DNA of 64,000 nt from Amphiscolops sp. MND2022 (taxonomy: Eukaryota), in the NCBI GenBank assembly GCA_964187785.1, contig OZ076409.1, forward strand, positions 45,014,001 through 45,078,000, read 5' to 3'. Shown one piece after another: positions 26,854 through 38,888 of this stretch (positions are counted from its first letter, which is position 1; every line of letters begins with the position of its first letter). The notes under the pieces were generated by a model that worked only from the letters and a program-made list of their open reading frames with translations, ran no database searches and had not been told where the DNA came from. A program made the translations under genes and the position numbers.

Positions 26854-27666
26854 TTTTCGCTGAATGCATTTAAAAGGAGTGGATTAATGTCGTCAATGAT
26901 TAGAAGCGTATGAATGGAATAGTATTTTGTAAAATAATGAAGAAACTACATACTCTTAATGACAAGACATATGTGATATTAATAATGTGCCAATACAAGA
27001 CCGGCGCTCTTTTGATTTTGATATGTTTTTAGAAGTCTAGTCTGCTGGTACATTTTGCAAGTTTTCCTGAATGGATTTACCAACAAACATGAAAACCTAT
27101 TTGCTCTATTGCTAACCCTGTTGCATGTTTCAAATGCGGGACTGGGGTTAAACAATGTTTTTCTTAAAAATAAACTTTGATTCTGTAACGATGTGAAACT
27201 GAAGTGGAAAATTTACTTTAACCTCTTTCATTTTCATGTAAACTTGGTCATGTAAGAATAAATAAAATCACTTTTGAGTTGTTTCAATGAATATTTCCAT
27301 GAAAATATTTCCTGATTAGTTACTCTGAAGTTAGGAAGAATTTGTTTATCTATCATTTAAACGTATGAAGAAAGCTATAAGCTTTGATGATGGGTGATGA
27401 TCAGTAAAGGCGTTAACTGAAACACCTTTTATGGAAATTGTTTACTACTCGTTGTGAATGAAACCCGAAAACCTACTACCTACGAAATCCTTACAAGGAT
27501 GTCTGTAGGATCAGAACATGACAAGCAATTTTTCCGCGGGTTTTCATCCAAAATCAAGAGGAAGAAGAAAATCGATCACCATATGGTCTTTGCAATCTCA
27601 TAAATCAGTTGCCTTCTAAAATCTTTGAAAATCTGAAATAATCAGTGGTTTCTCTGCAAATCAAAA

Positions 27667-28686
27667 ATGGAAAAACTCCAATTTAATACTGATGTAAATT
27701 CGCTATACTCCCTAATATCCCCTGATGTGGTGGATGTTTCGAGCGAGTCAGAATATAGCTTCTCAATGGCTTCCGGAGATATTGCTCAGCTTGACGAAAG
27801 ATTTCGAATTAATACAACTGGGAGTAACCTGATGTCGGCATTCATGGGCTCAACATTGGCTTCGTTATATGTGGATCCAGCCAATACAGCAGAACAGAAT
27901 GAGTCTGTAAGTGACACAGGGACACAGATAGAACAAGACCTGATGGAGTTGTTAGGGGAACCGCAAGAAGATACAATGATTTCCCCAAGTTCATTCATAG
28001 ATAGTGAGTTTGAAGAAGGGAATTTGTTCCCCTGGACGCTGGGTAATACCCCTCCTGAAGACACAAACAATTATGGTCGGCCTACCGCCAGGGTTCCCCC
28101 TACCCAAAGACTGAACCCCAGTGCAGGTGGAATATTGCCAAGGCCAGACCCCACTTACCCACCTAACTACAGGCCAGAGACATCTGATTTTCAGCACACG
28201 CAACCTAGTGAACCCATGGATCAAGAGCTACGCAGAGATATAGCTCCCACTCAAAGTACACTGAATGCAGTGCAAGGATTTAATTTGTCACCTGCGTTCT
28301 TCCCCATCCCAATGAGGGAAGCTCCCATTGAGAACCGACAGATCACAGTTCAACCTATGGTGCAGTTAGGCTTTCCCTTTCATGTGACCCACAGCACGAA
28401 TATCATGCTGATCCCTGCAAGAGAAAGACAAAGCATGAGACTGCTGCCAACCGTCATGTCAAATGTGGCGGGTTACTGCGACATATGTGGTAAGAGCTAC
28501 GATCAAATTGCACTGGAAACGTTGGGCGAGTACCTCATGGCAACTGAATACGAGGGAGAGACAGTGAAAGAAAGAGCGATTAGATCAAGAGCATTTATTC
28601 ATGGATTCGAAGCAGCCCAGTTCCTCTTTAAAAATGCGGGACTGTCGCATCCACCAAGATGCGATGGTTCCGTGGTGCAGCTTTGA
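27667..28686 (+). CDS. Orphan accessory ORF (339 aa) ending inside the 3' LTR
   Basis: AAAAATGG start context; intact; acidic and Pro-rich N-terminal part; C-terminal GYCDICGKSY segment and predicted helices. The last 44 nt lie in the LTR. Confidence 0.7.
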   Translation: MEKLQFNTDVNSLYSLISPDVVDVSSESEYSFSMASGDIAQLDERFRINTTGSNLMSAFMGSTLASLYVDPANTAEQNESVSDTGTQIEQDLMELLGEPQEDTMISPSSFIDSEFEEGNLFPWTLGNTPPEDTNNYGRPTARVPPTQRLNPSAGGILPRPDPTYPPNYRPETSDFQHTQPSEPMDQELRRDIAPTQSTLNAVQGFNLSPAFFPIPMREAPIENRQITVQPMVQLGFPFHVTHSTNIMLIPARERQSMRLLPTVMSNVAGYCDICGKSYDQIALETLGEYLMATEYEGETVKERAIRSRAFIHGFEAAQFLFKNAGLSHPPRCDGSVVQL

Positions 28687-29814
28687 AGAGGAACAGATGA
28701 TAGACTCATTTCAACAAACTCTCCAAAACTTTGCTGAACCCGGTTTATATGAGGTCTTAAAACTCAATGTTGTTTAGTCTCGAAAGTCATGTAAATACGA
28801 TATTTATATTATGATTGTTGTGAATAGACCTTCATCATGGTGCTAACACACCTTCATTGCTTCATTGAGAACCCTTGTTTGAATAGTTCAATGAGTTATC
28901 TCATTGCCTGATCATATACTCTAAAGGTCCTAATGCGTCTAGATTCATAATCAGATAGTAATCTACTTCTTAGCTAGTACAATTATGCGGTACTATGCGG
29001 ATTGAGGTGTGACGTATACTCGTCATTATGCGTTTTTACTAGTATCATTATGCGGCATTATACGTTTCAAGGTGTAACGAGTATGCGGCATTATGCGCTT
29101 TTCATAAAAACTTTATACGGCAACCTGCGGAACTAGTAGTGACGCATACTCGTCACTATGCGGTTCTCGCGGAACTTGTTAAATAAATCCAGCACGAGTT
29201 AAAATGTCATCTAGAAGCCATTTCAATTACAAATGAAGGTCATCTTTAGAGATTCCCAGGGTTCATTAGTTTCTTTTCCCAATCATACTTTTATGATGTC
29301 ATGTAGTTGTGCTATTTTTATAATATAACGTCATTGGACGTAATTCTATTCTTGTCTCGATTTCATACAATGACTCCCATAAAAAGGAGTGTCATGATTT
29401 TTGGATTTTGTTCGGAGTTTTCAATCAGAGAGATTCATTAAGAATCCAACCTTCATCAAGTGCAGTTACTTTCTCAAATAACTGTAAAACTTTGATTTCG
29501 CCACTGTAAAACTTCAGCTTTGCTTCTCTTGTGGGATATAAGACTAATTCAAATTCTTCCCCAAAAGCCAGAAAACATTTTCACTTAAGGATAACATGGG
29601 AAATAAAAGAAGCCGAAGGTCTAGAAGACTTGAGACACCGTCCCCAGACAGAGAAGTGGAGGTAACACAAATAGAAACCCCTAAAACAGGTAATGAAGCT
29701 TTAATTGATCTCAGTAATGTTGCCCAAAGAAATTTAGGTGAAAATAGCTCTGAAAACCAGTTAACCGAACCTAGTCAAACAAGCAAAGAGATGCAAGTTT
29801 GGACCCAAATCATG
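28643..29814 (+). repeat. 3' LTR plus leader plus truncated gag start (head of a tandem second copy)
   Basis: Copy of 14120-15290 including MGNKRSRRSRR...VWTQIM, then abruptly joined to LINE-derived DNA. Confidence 0.88.
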
Positions 29815-29827
29815 CTTTATTGTTTAC

Positions 29828-30056
29828 CCTGAATGCTTTTATTGTTTATCCAAATAATACCAGCTTAATGAATGCATATTGCAATCAGAACTTCCATGAG
29901 TCGTATAATAACGTGTTGACGAAATCCCCAGTTCCTGTTTGTATATTTACATATAGATACCCAGCAAAATTGTATCTTCCTGTTGATTTCCTTCCCGTGT
30001 TCTATATAATTAAGCTTCCGGTCCATCACTTGTCCAAGGACCTTGGTCTTTTCCAC
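29828..30056. repeat. 229 bp local duplication of LINE sequence 31118-31346
   Basis: Direct copy at offset 1290 with one mismatch seen. Confidence 0.95.
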
Positions 30057-33000
30057 CTAAAAAACTTTGGTCAAGGGACCTGCCTAAACGTGCAGTGATG
30101 AAATCCCATCAATAAATAAATATTGTAAGTGCGTCTCCAGATTACTGCACTGAACGATTTCGCAACAAATAGATTGACGAAATTATATCCATATGAATGT
30201 ATTCAATTATGATTGAGCCGTTATAGCTATAATTTCATTTAGCACGTATCCTTTTCCATACCTCATATACTTACAGTATCCAATAGCTCTATTTCAGTAA
30301 GGAGAAAAGTTGATGCTTCAGTCATTATCTCTGTACAAATCTTGAAAAATTTCGGGTTTCTGCTCCAAGATATGAGGAATGCATTTCCGTCTTACGTGTC
30401 ATTGAGTGCGATTCTTTGTCGCCCATAAATTCAGCTGCGAGGGACCTTTTCTCTTCATTAATAAATTTGCAATTTAGTAATAAGTGGTGGGAATTTCGAC
30501 TCCCATTACCACATGGACAGCTGGGAGAGTTGTATCTTCTGCTGTCGTACCGGTAGAGGAACTCCTTCATCAGATATTTGGGGTAGAACAGGCTCAAGAA
30601 TATTGTTTCATATTCTCGGGTTGTGCTGGGTGGGAGTTTCAATTTCGATTTACTGACTTTGGGAGAACCAAGGAAGCCTTCTATCTGGAATTGGTTGTCA
30701 ATTGAAGATTGCTATAATAATACTGTGTATATCTGTATTTGACCCTTTGTATATGAACAGGCTTTCACAGACTGTTGGGCAAATTGATCAAGTTGACCAG
30801 TCTCAATAATACTCCTGTCGTTTTCGTTGAAGCAGTCAGAAAATTGCTCTTTTTCCATTTTAGGAATTGCATGGCATCTTTAGCTTTGTTTGACAGAGAG
30901 CTGTGGCTGCAGTCAGAAAGATGTTTTGTGACAAAAATCTTCAGGGGGTCATCTTCCTGGGAGAACAGATTTAGTTTCAGAAGATGTTTTGTGGAATTTA
31001 CTTTATTGGCTACTGATATCGGAGGGATTCCAACGAAGGCTTCAGCTAGAGATTGTTTTATATGAAATACTGCCCCGATGGCCGACTTTAGCATTTTGTA
31101 CCACACTTTTTCTACCTCCTGAATGCTTTTATTGTTTATCCAAATAATACCAGCTTAATGAATGCATATTGCAATCAGAACTTCCATGAGTCGTATAATA
31201 ACGTGTTGACGAAATCCCCAGTTCCTGTTTGTATATTTACATATAGATACCCAGCAAAATTGTATCTTCCTGTTGATTTCCTTCCCGTGTTCTATATAGT
31301 TAAGCTTCCGGTCCATCACTTGTCCAAGGACCTTGGTCTTTTCCACGAATATTAGTGTATGATTTCCGAGCTTGACGGTTTCAGGGATCAAATCGGATTT
31401 TCCTCTGCTGTGCCAAAACATATAAACTCCGTTTTGGATGGGTTGCAATTTATTATCATACGCCAAGTTGAACTCCACAGGTTTAGGGACTGACAGACAG
31501 CATCTAAGTTATCCAAACATTCACCAGTAGTTACATCTGTTATCCTCAGGGTACCATCATCAGCAAATTTGAAAAACTGAATGACTTGACCATCAACGAC
31601 ATCTTGAGCAAGATCCCTGATAAAGAATTTGAAGAGTATGGGCGATAATGCCGAACCTTGAGAAGACCGAATTCTCTACATGCCCGAAGAATACCAATGT
31701 GGTCGTTAAGAATTAGTCTGGCTTTACGATTGAAAAGAAAATTATCTATGAGTTTCCACACATTTGATTTAACACCAACATCAGCAAGCTTCTTCATTAA
31801 GCCTTGCTTCCACACACTATCGAACGCTTTGCAAAATCTATAAAAAGGCAATTAGGTATGTACTTCTTCTTCAGTTCTTCCCGAATGTCGTTGTCAAGGT
31901 GGTTGAGGTACCTAATCGTGTTTCGTTTCTTTGTGAAACCGTCTTGATATACATCGTTGATTCCAGTGGCTTTGAAGAATTTCTCGTCTTGAGGCGATAA
32001 TTTTCTCAAACACTTTACCGATATACGAGGTTATCGGTATAGGTCTATATGATCCTGGATTGGTGTAATGTGGTTTTCCTGACCTTTTTGAGGAAGATAA
32101 CATCAGCAGTATCCCATACCCACTCACTGAGTTAAGGAGAGTTCTGATTAGCTCTACGGTTCTTACTCCCAGGTGTCTCAGCATGATTGGGTGGAATCCA
32201 TGGTTATCAAAGCTTTTGTCTGTCGTTTCATATATTTTGAAGAAGTTACGAACCTCTCCTGTTGTTATTTCGGAGCTCAAAAAGTTGTTACTTTCTTCAT
32301 ACAAAAAGTGCTACTGCCCTTTGTCGTGCTTCCCGTCTGCGTCTGAAATGGTGTTGTAAATTCTATTAACGTGATCATAAAAGACATCATCAAAATCTTG
32401 GCTGATTTCTATGAGGTGCCTTCCAGCAAAGAAGCTATCAAATAGAATATTCTCCTTCTCATTTGGATCTGTTGCAATGTTATCATTATTAGAGTGGAGC
32501 GGATCAACCTTGTTATCCGATTGACTTGCAAATAACCGATTAAACTCTTTTCAGAACTGCTTACATTGCGCAACATTGAGATTTCGTGTTTTATTGAGGA
32601 TGAATTACTGACACTCTGGTATTCTCATGGAAACAAACTTCTCCTTAGCTAAATCCATGATTGCTTCATTAGAGATCGTGTTCGTTTTCAGGTATGATTT
32701 CTTGGCAATCCTAAGGGCTTTTGATGCTTCTGTAAGTTCCTTTGTCCAGTATGGCTTGCATTGGGTTGACAATTTTTTACATTTTGAGAATTTCAGAGTA
32801 GCTTCAATGATAGTTCTATCGATGATTTTCCATTGGTCCTGTGTTGAGCTATTGTAGAAGTGGATTAAATCTTTTTCCAGAGATGATTCAACGAATTCAG
32901 ACCACCCTTCAAAGTCCATGCGGTCTAGATTGATCCTCAACTTGGGAGGTTGGTTTTGAGTACCGGAGTAGGTTATCTTCATGGTTGTACTTATTGGTAT

Positions 33001-35178
33001 ATGTCCGCGCTTTGGAGCTCCGGAAAACAGTTCGACAACTGGATCTGTCAAGAGGTTACTAAACAATGGTTCTAGATTATTAGAGCATATAACAAAGTCA
33101 ATGTTGCTATTCCTAATTGAGGATAGGAATGTTGGGTTCTCAGAGCTAATAATCGAGTATTCTCGGAAATTCCTCGTGGTATTGGTTGTCAATCTGATTA
33201 CCCCACAGGCGATTTCGAGCATTGTAGTCACCAAATTCTATAATTCTTTTTGCTTTGAGTTGGCTAGCTTGTTTCTTAGCTGATTCTAGACTTTTGATGA
33301 GTTCATTAACCGCTTCTAAGTTTAAGATGGACTGATCCAACAACATATCTGAAACCTTTTCCACAAACGAGACCCCAGGTAGTGTCTAAGTTCCTTTAAA
33401 CTTTTGATACTTGTGGTAATTGGTTGATACTAAACTTTCGAGAGTTGACATAAAGTGAGGCACCTCGGTTGAGGGGTTATTTGTGTCTGTGATCTAGTCC
33501 ATGGAGTTGGCCTTAAGGTTCGTCTTGTCCACGGTTAGAGATTCTTGTATTGCTAGTATATCCATACTTTTATCATGGCAGTACTTGTCTAGTGTAAATC
33601 TGCTTCGGTCCGACATACCGCCTATGTTGATAGAACAAAAGTTGATCGCCACTTCTGATGATCTTTTTCCACTATCCTTCTTTGTATTGTTATAAGCCAT
33701 ACTGATATCTTTGTTTAACTTCCTCTAGTTTTTGCTTCATTACCTTGCAGGATTTGTCTCCTGTCAGATGATTTTCTTTACAGTGAGAACATTCCAAGGT
33801 GTCACTGTCACATTCTTTCGTTTCGTGGTTCTCCTTGCCACATTTCTCACATTTTGGTTTTTTACTGTTGCATCTTCTTGCAATATGGCCAAAACCTTGA
33901 CATCGATTGCATTTAAGGACTCTCGTTGATGGTTTATTTTCCTCAATGATGTATCTTTGTTGGAAGCTTTTTATTCGATCATTGATGGCATCAACTAATT
34001 CCTTTCTCTCCCTGAATGTCACTTTTAGTGTTCCAGTGAATTCATTATCCCTCTTGAACAGCTCAACATTCGAGACATTGTAGCGACTTTTATGTTGTCC
34101 ACTAGTTCAGATTCTTCTACCTCTTCGTAGACATGTTTGATAATTCCAATTGTATGAAGAGTTTCTGGGGATACAATACCCTCGTTTCCTCCGAACAGTT
34201 CTTTACTCCAGTTAGCTTTGAGAGACTCTGCCTCTTCCTCAGTATCCAGTTCTATCTTTAAGGATCCTCCTGCTGTTATCCTACAGTTTTGAATAATCTT
34301 TCCTGGGTGTTTCTTGTTGAACTGTGAGCGTATATGTTTACTGTTCGTGATGTTGAGATCAGCAGGTATCCCCACAAGGATTGTTCGCTTATTCCTCCTG
34401 TTTCCTCGGTTTTCATCGTGTTCGTTTTGGACGTCTGCAACTGCTGCACAATCGTTTTAGATATTTCCGAGACATTTGATGGTTTTGTGCCCCTTGCCAA
34501 CATGGCGCTGTAAGATTTCACCTGTTCGACATTATCAGAAAACCCCTCAATCTTGTCATTTAATATTGAAACATTATTGCCAATATTTTTCAACTTTTCA
34601 GTTACTTGATCCATTGCTCGTTCAATGTGAGATATGTCTGGACAATTTGAGTTATCCTGACACGATTATCAACGCCATAGTAGCCCTTCAACTTTCGTCT
34701 TGCCAGTCTGGATGAATGGCAGGGGTGGGCGGAAGTAGGTCGAAGGAACGGGATCGAAATTCAGAGTTAGTCCTCATGTCGACATACCAAATTTTTGAAT
34801 GGGATCGAAACAACTCTGATCGAAATTTTTATAACGTAGTCAGATATGTTCACATACCCTTAGTGCCCTGAATGCAGAAGCGAAGCGGAGCGACGTGCCA
34901 TATGGCCATGCCACCATGTTGCTACTTGGCGAAGGGAGCGAAGCGACCGAACCATACAACAAATACGATAAAATTCGACCGCATTCCATTCGAACCCTGC
35001 AATTCGATCAAAAGGTTCGACCTCTGTCCTTTCGACCAGAAAAATTCGACCTATTTACAGCCACCCGAATGGCAGAACACTGACTGGCACCTTGGCACAG
35101 GTGAGGTGATACCACTTGGGGCAAATTCCACATTGAATGCTTCCTGTTTTGCATTCTCCGTTGCATATACCACATGGA
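30057..35178 (-). mobile_element. Degenerate LINE (ORF1 PHD plus 3 CCHC knuckles; ORF2 APE-RT-CCHC)
   Basis: PHD CGIC...IQCGICPKWYHLTC (35075-35175, split by a MITE); CNRCQGFGHIARRC/CEKC/CSHC knuckles; SINIGG, GDYNAR, YRPIPITSYIGKVFEKII, KAFDSVW, FADD, SPSCPCG...HHLLLNC. Confidence 0.9.
34723..35066 (-). mobile_element. Mutator-type MITE copy 1
   Basis: Imperfect ~22 bp TIRs GGGTGG...TAGGTCGAA; perfect 9 bp TSD GAATGGCAG (34714-22, 35067-75). Confidence 0.9.
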
Positions 35179-37781
35179 AGTTTTATTGAAAACCGCAGTT
35201 TTATTGATACATCACATCCCTTACTCAAGACTCAATCAACTCGAAGACACCTCTGTTGATAATGTTGTTTTGACTGTTGGGCTGGGCGAAATTAAGTTAG
35301 TTGTGTCTATTGCATATGTCAGACCCGATGACTTCGAAGGATTGAGAAGTACAATAAAAGTTATACAGAATTGCAAAACGTATGTTGACAAAAATTGCCT
35401 GAATGGTGCTCTTTTCTTTGGTGATCTCAATGCAAGACATACCTATTGGGGAAATAAATCGTGTACCTTGTTAGGAGAGGAACTAGTTCAAATAGCTGAC
35501 CACTTCAGCATTCTCAATGATGGTGAGCCTACATTTCTGGCAGCTACAGTGTTATCGATCTCTGCATTTGTTATGGGCCTCTGTTTGATAGATGTAAACA
35601 CTCTCTGTCTACGGATGAATTTGCTGAGCTGTTCACCGGTGCTCCACAGAGGGGTCATGTTCCTGTTATTATGAGATTGGAGCGTAGTAGCACCACTGAT
35701 AAGACCAAGAAATTATGGATTGAAAAAGCTGATTGGGTGGGTTGGTTTTCTTTCGTTGAGGGCCGAATAGATGATCTCATGGTTGTTGGGGACGACCCTG
35801 TTTTTCGTAGGAACGAGTTCAAGAATCTGCTGCACGAAGCTTCCCTTAGTCATATACCCCTCAAATGTGTTTCTGATCATAGTAAACCGTTTTGGAACTC
35901 TGACTTGACAGACGCAAGCAATGAACTCCGATTTTTACGCAAAAAGTTCAAGTACAAATCAAATTTTGAAAATGGACAAAAGCTAAAGGCAGCGAAGGAA
36001 CGTTTCAAAATTCTACTCAACAAAAGTGTAACTGAATGGATGGAAAACTACCTGTCATCGCTTGGGCATGAGAGAGGAAGAGAATTTTGGACTTCTTACA
36101 AGGCCTTACTCAACACTAAACATGAAGAAGTGGGTCTAATACGCAGTAAGGAAGAGAGACTTTTATATGCTCCAGAGCAAATAAGCAAAGAATTTGAAAC
36201 CACTATTTTCAGAGGAGAACATCTGAAAAAGCAAATTTTCAACGATGCAACACAACTACAAGTAGAAGCCAAAATAAATCAAACACATGATGGTCCTGAA
36301 CATGATATTGAAGTATTTCATGATGAAATTACTTTCGATGAATTGAAGAATGCAATTTTGAAATCAAGTAACACTAAATCTTTTGATATTGATGGTCTTC
36401 ATTTGACAATGATAAACAATTTGGGAACTAAAGCACTCCTTTTTCTGCTGAATATTTTCAATGCTTGCTGGGAGTATCATGTGTGGCCATGGACGGACTC
36501 ACGAGTCGCATTCATACGCAAGCCAAACAGAGATATGATGAATGCTCTTCATATCGACCACTTTCAATCTCCAGTCATATCGGCAAAACGTTGGAAAAAA
36601 TACTTGCAACCAGAATCAAATCGTATCTCGATGTGAATGGACTGCTTGGTGACGAGCAGGAGGGTTTCAGATCGAACAGACACCACTCGATCGCTCTCCA
36701 GACTACATCCCATGCTGGAAATTGCCAAACGTTCACGTTTACCGACGGCTCTGCTTAACATTGACCTCGAAAAGGCTTTCGATAGCGTGTGAGTGGACGG
36801 CCTTCTCTTTAAACTGTTGGAACACAATCTTTCTGGCAAAATGTATCAGATAATAAAATCGTTCTTAAAAACCAGATTCGCTTCAATTGAATTGAACGGA
36901 TACAAATCGCCGAAGTTTCAGATTGACATTGGCATTCCACAGGGAAGTGTGTTGTCACCATTACTCTTCATCATCTTCCTAAACGACTTCCTCAGTGATC
37001 AAACTCAAAAATTCAAGTTTGCTGACGATAGTTCTCTCATTGCGACTGGCAAGGATCCGTCAGAATTATCTGCCATCCTTCGAAAAACTTGTTCTGACAT
37101 CGAGAAGTGGTGTGCAGATTGGAGGATGTTAGTGAACGGAGGAAAAACTGAATTAATCCTTTTCAATTGCAAAGAGAATGACTTCGAACTCCCGTGCCTC
37201 AATGGTGATATATGTCAAGTTAAAAAAACAACAAAGTCTCTCGGAGTAATTATCGATAGCAAGCTCAACTACCGGGATCATTCTACTAAAACTATCGAGA
37301 GAGCAAAGCGAAATTGGAATATAATCAAGTCGTTATGCAATAGAAAATGGAGCCTTGCAGTTCCAACGCTAGTTCTGTTGTAAAAAATCACAATCTTACC
37401 CTCACTTTTTTATGCAGCACCAATTTGGCTTGAGAAAAACCTCAAATACGTCACAGCAGTACAGAACAATTTCATAAGGACAGTTTTTAGACACAGATTT
37501 TCGCCGAATATCGACTCGTGTCAAGTTCTGCTAGGAATGCCGCCTCTTGATCTTCTGAGTACAGCCATCAGCGTCAAATTTCTCCTGAAGCTCAAACTAG
37601 AAGACGATTTACTACATTGGACCCATGATGCATCTTCATCTTTTCCGGACAGTGTTGCTAACCTCCTGGAGTGTCATGTTACCAGATTCGGAAAGTTTTT
37701 GGGAATTCATAATTGTACGAGATACAAACAGCAAGATGTCAACCTTTTCATTAACCATCTTTGGAACCTCAAGTGGAAAAA

Positions 37782-38122
37782 GGGTGGCTGTAAATAGGTC
37801 GAATTTTTCTGGTCGAAAGGACTGAGGTCGAACCTTTTGATCGAATTACAGGGATCGAATGGAATGGGGACGAATTTTAAAGTATTTGTTGTATGGCTCG
37901 GTCGCTTCGGTCCCTTCGCCAAGTAGCAACATTGAGGCATGGCCATATGGCACGTCGCTCCGCTTCGCTTCGCTCCTGCATTCAGGACACTAGGGGTATG
38001 TGAACATATCTGACTACGTTTCGATACGAGTTGTTTCGATCCCATTCAAAAATTTGGTAATGTCGACCTGAGGACTAACTCTGATTTTCGATCCCGTTCC
38101 TTCGACCTATTTCCGCCCACTC
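37782..38122 (+). mobile_element. Mutator-type MITE copy 2
   Basis: Same family as 34723-35066; 9 bp TSD GTGGAAAAA/GTGTAAAAA. Confidence 0.88.
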
Positions 38123-38295
38123 GTGTAAAAATAATGACAACAGGTCATTTCTGAAATGTTACACCAGAACCAGGGTTTTCAATCTTATATACAATCTCAA
38201 TTTCAATCTCAATCTTTTTCTCTCCAATCTTAATCTCAATCTTTTTATCTGAAAAATTCAATATCAATCTCAATCTCAGTTTTTACTTCATCAAT

Positions 38296-38605
38296 TGATA
38301 TACCAGATATATATGTTGCTTGATTTTATATCATTCCCCCAACCCCCCGTATGTCTAGACTTTATAACAAATGCACTTCATCAATGTAACTGATTAATAT
38401 TCTAGACGTAAACTTGATGTACCCACTTTATATTCTGTACGATGCATTTTGATTTAGAACACAACTATAATTCATTCTTCACCAACCAGTTGTCTTCCTT
38501 TAAGACCTAATATCTGCAGCTCTATTAGTGTCTCTTAAAGTACTAAGATCAAATGAACATTCCATCTCTGTCCCACTGATCTATAGTAAGAACTCAAGTA
38601 CTTTA
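38296..38605 (+). repeat. 5' LTR of element B (310 bp)
   Basis: Differs from the 3' LTR by one substitution and one 2 bp indel, as read by eye. Confidence 0.96.
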
Positions 38606-38607
38606 AC

Positions 38608-38620
38608 TGGTGCGACCATC
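38608..38620 (+). promoter_or_regulatory. Candidate tRNA primer-binding site
   Basis: TGGTGCGACC lies 2 nt after the LTR end. The cognate tRNA is not identified. Confidence 0.65.
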
Positions 38621-38685
38621 TCGTTTCTTTCCTTTTCTACAACCAATTTTGTAATCCAAATTTTCTTCTCTTTCACAAAATCTTC

Positions 38686-38888
38686 TGTACTAATTACCCA
38701 ACGTGATTCGACCTCGTAGTCGGTACAAACGCAATTCTTCTTCTGTACTAATCACATATTGTGGTTCGACCTAGTAGTCGGTACATCAAAACTTTCTGTA
38801 CTAATCACCTTTTGTGATTCAGTTACACACTGGTACACTATCTTCTCTTGTACTAATCACCTTTTGTGATTCAGCTCCTGCTGGTACA
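38686..38888 (+). ncRNA. Four tandem structured RNA units (three-way junctions) in the 5' leader
   Basis: Units 38686-727, 38744-785, 38797-837, 38849-888: TGTAC-T-AATCAC-loop-GTGATT-stem3-GTACA, with compensatory and G-U changes. Confidence 0.8.

Larger units (their letters stand above)
14120..29814 (+). mobile_element. Gypsy/Ty3 LTR retrotransposon A (~15.7 kb) with accessory genes
   Basis: Direct repeats 14120-15290 and 28643-29814, both starting TGTCGCATCC; gag, then PR-RT-RH-IN order; extra antisense and sense ORFs between IN and the 3' repeat. Confidence 0.93.

Noticed and set aside
38686..38888. Hammerhead ribozyme array
   Set aside because: Three-way junction, but the CUGANGA and GAAA core is absent on both strands.
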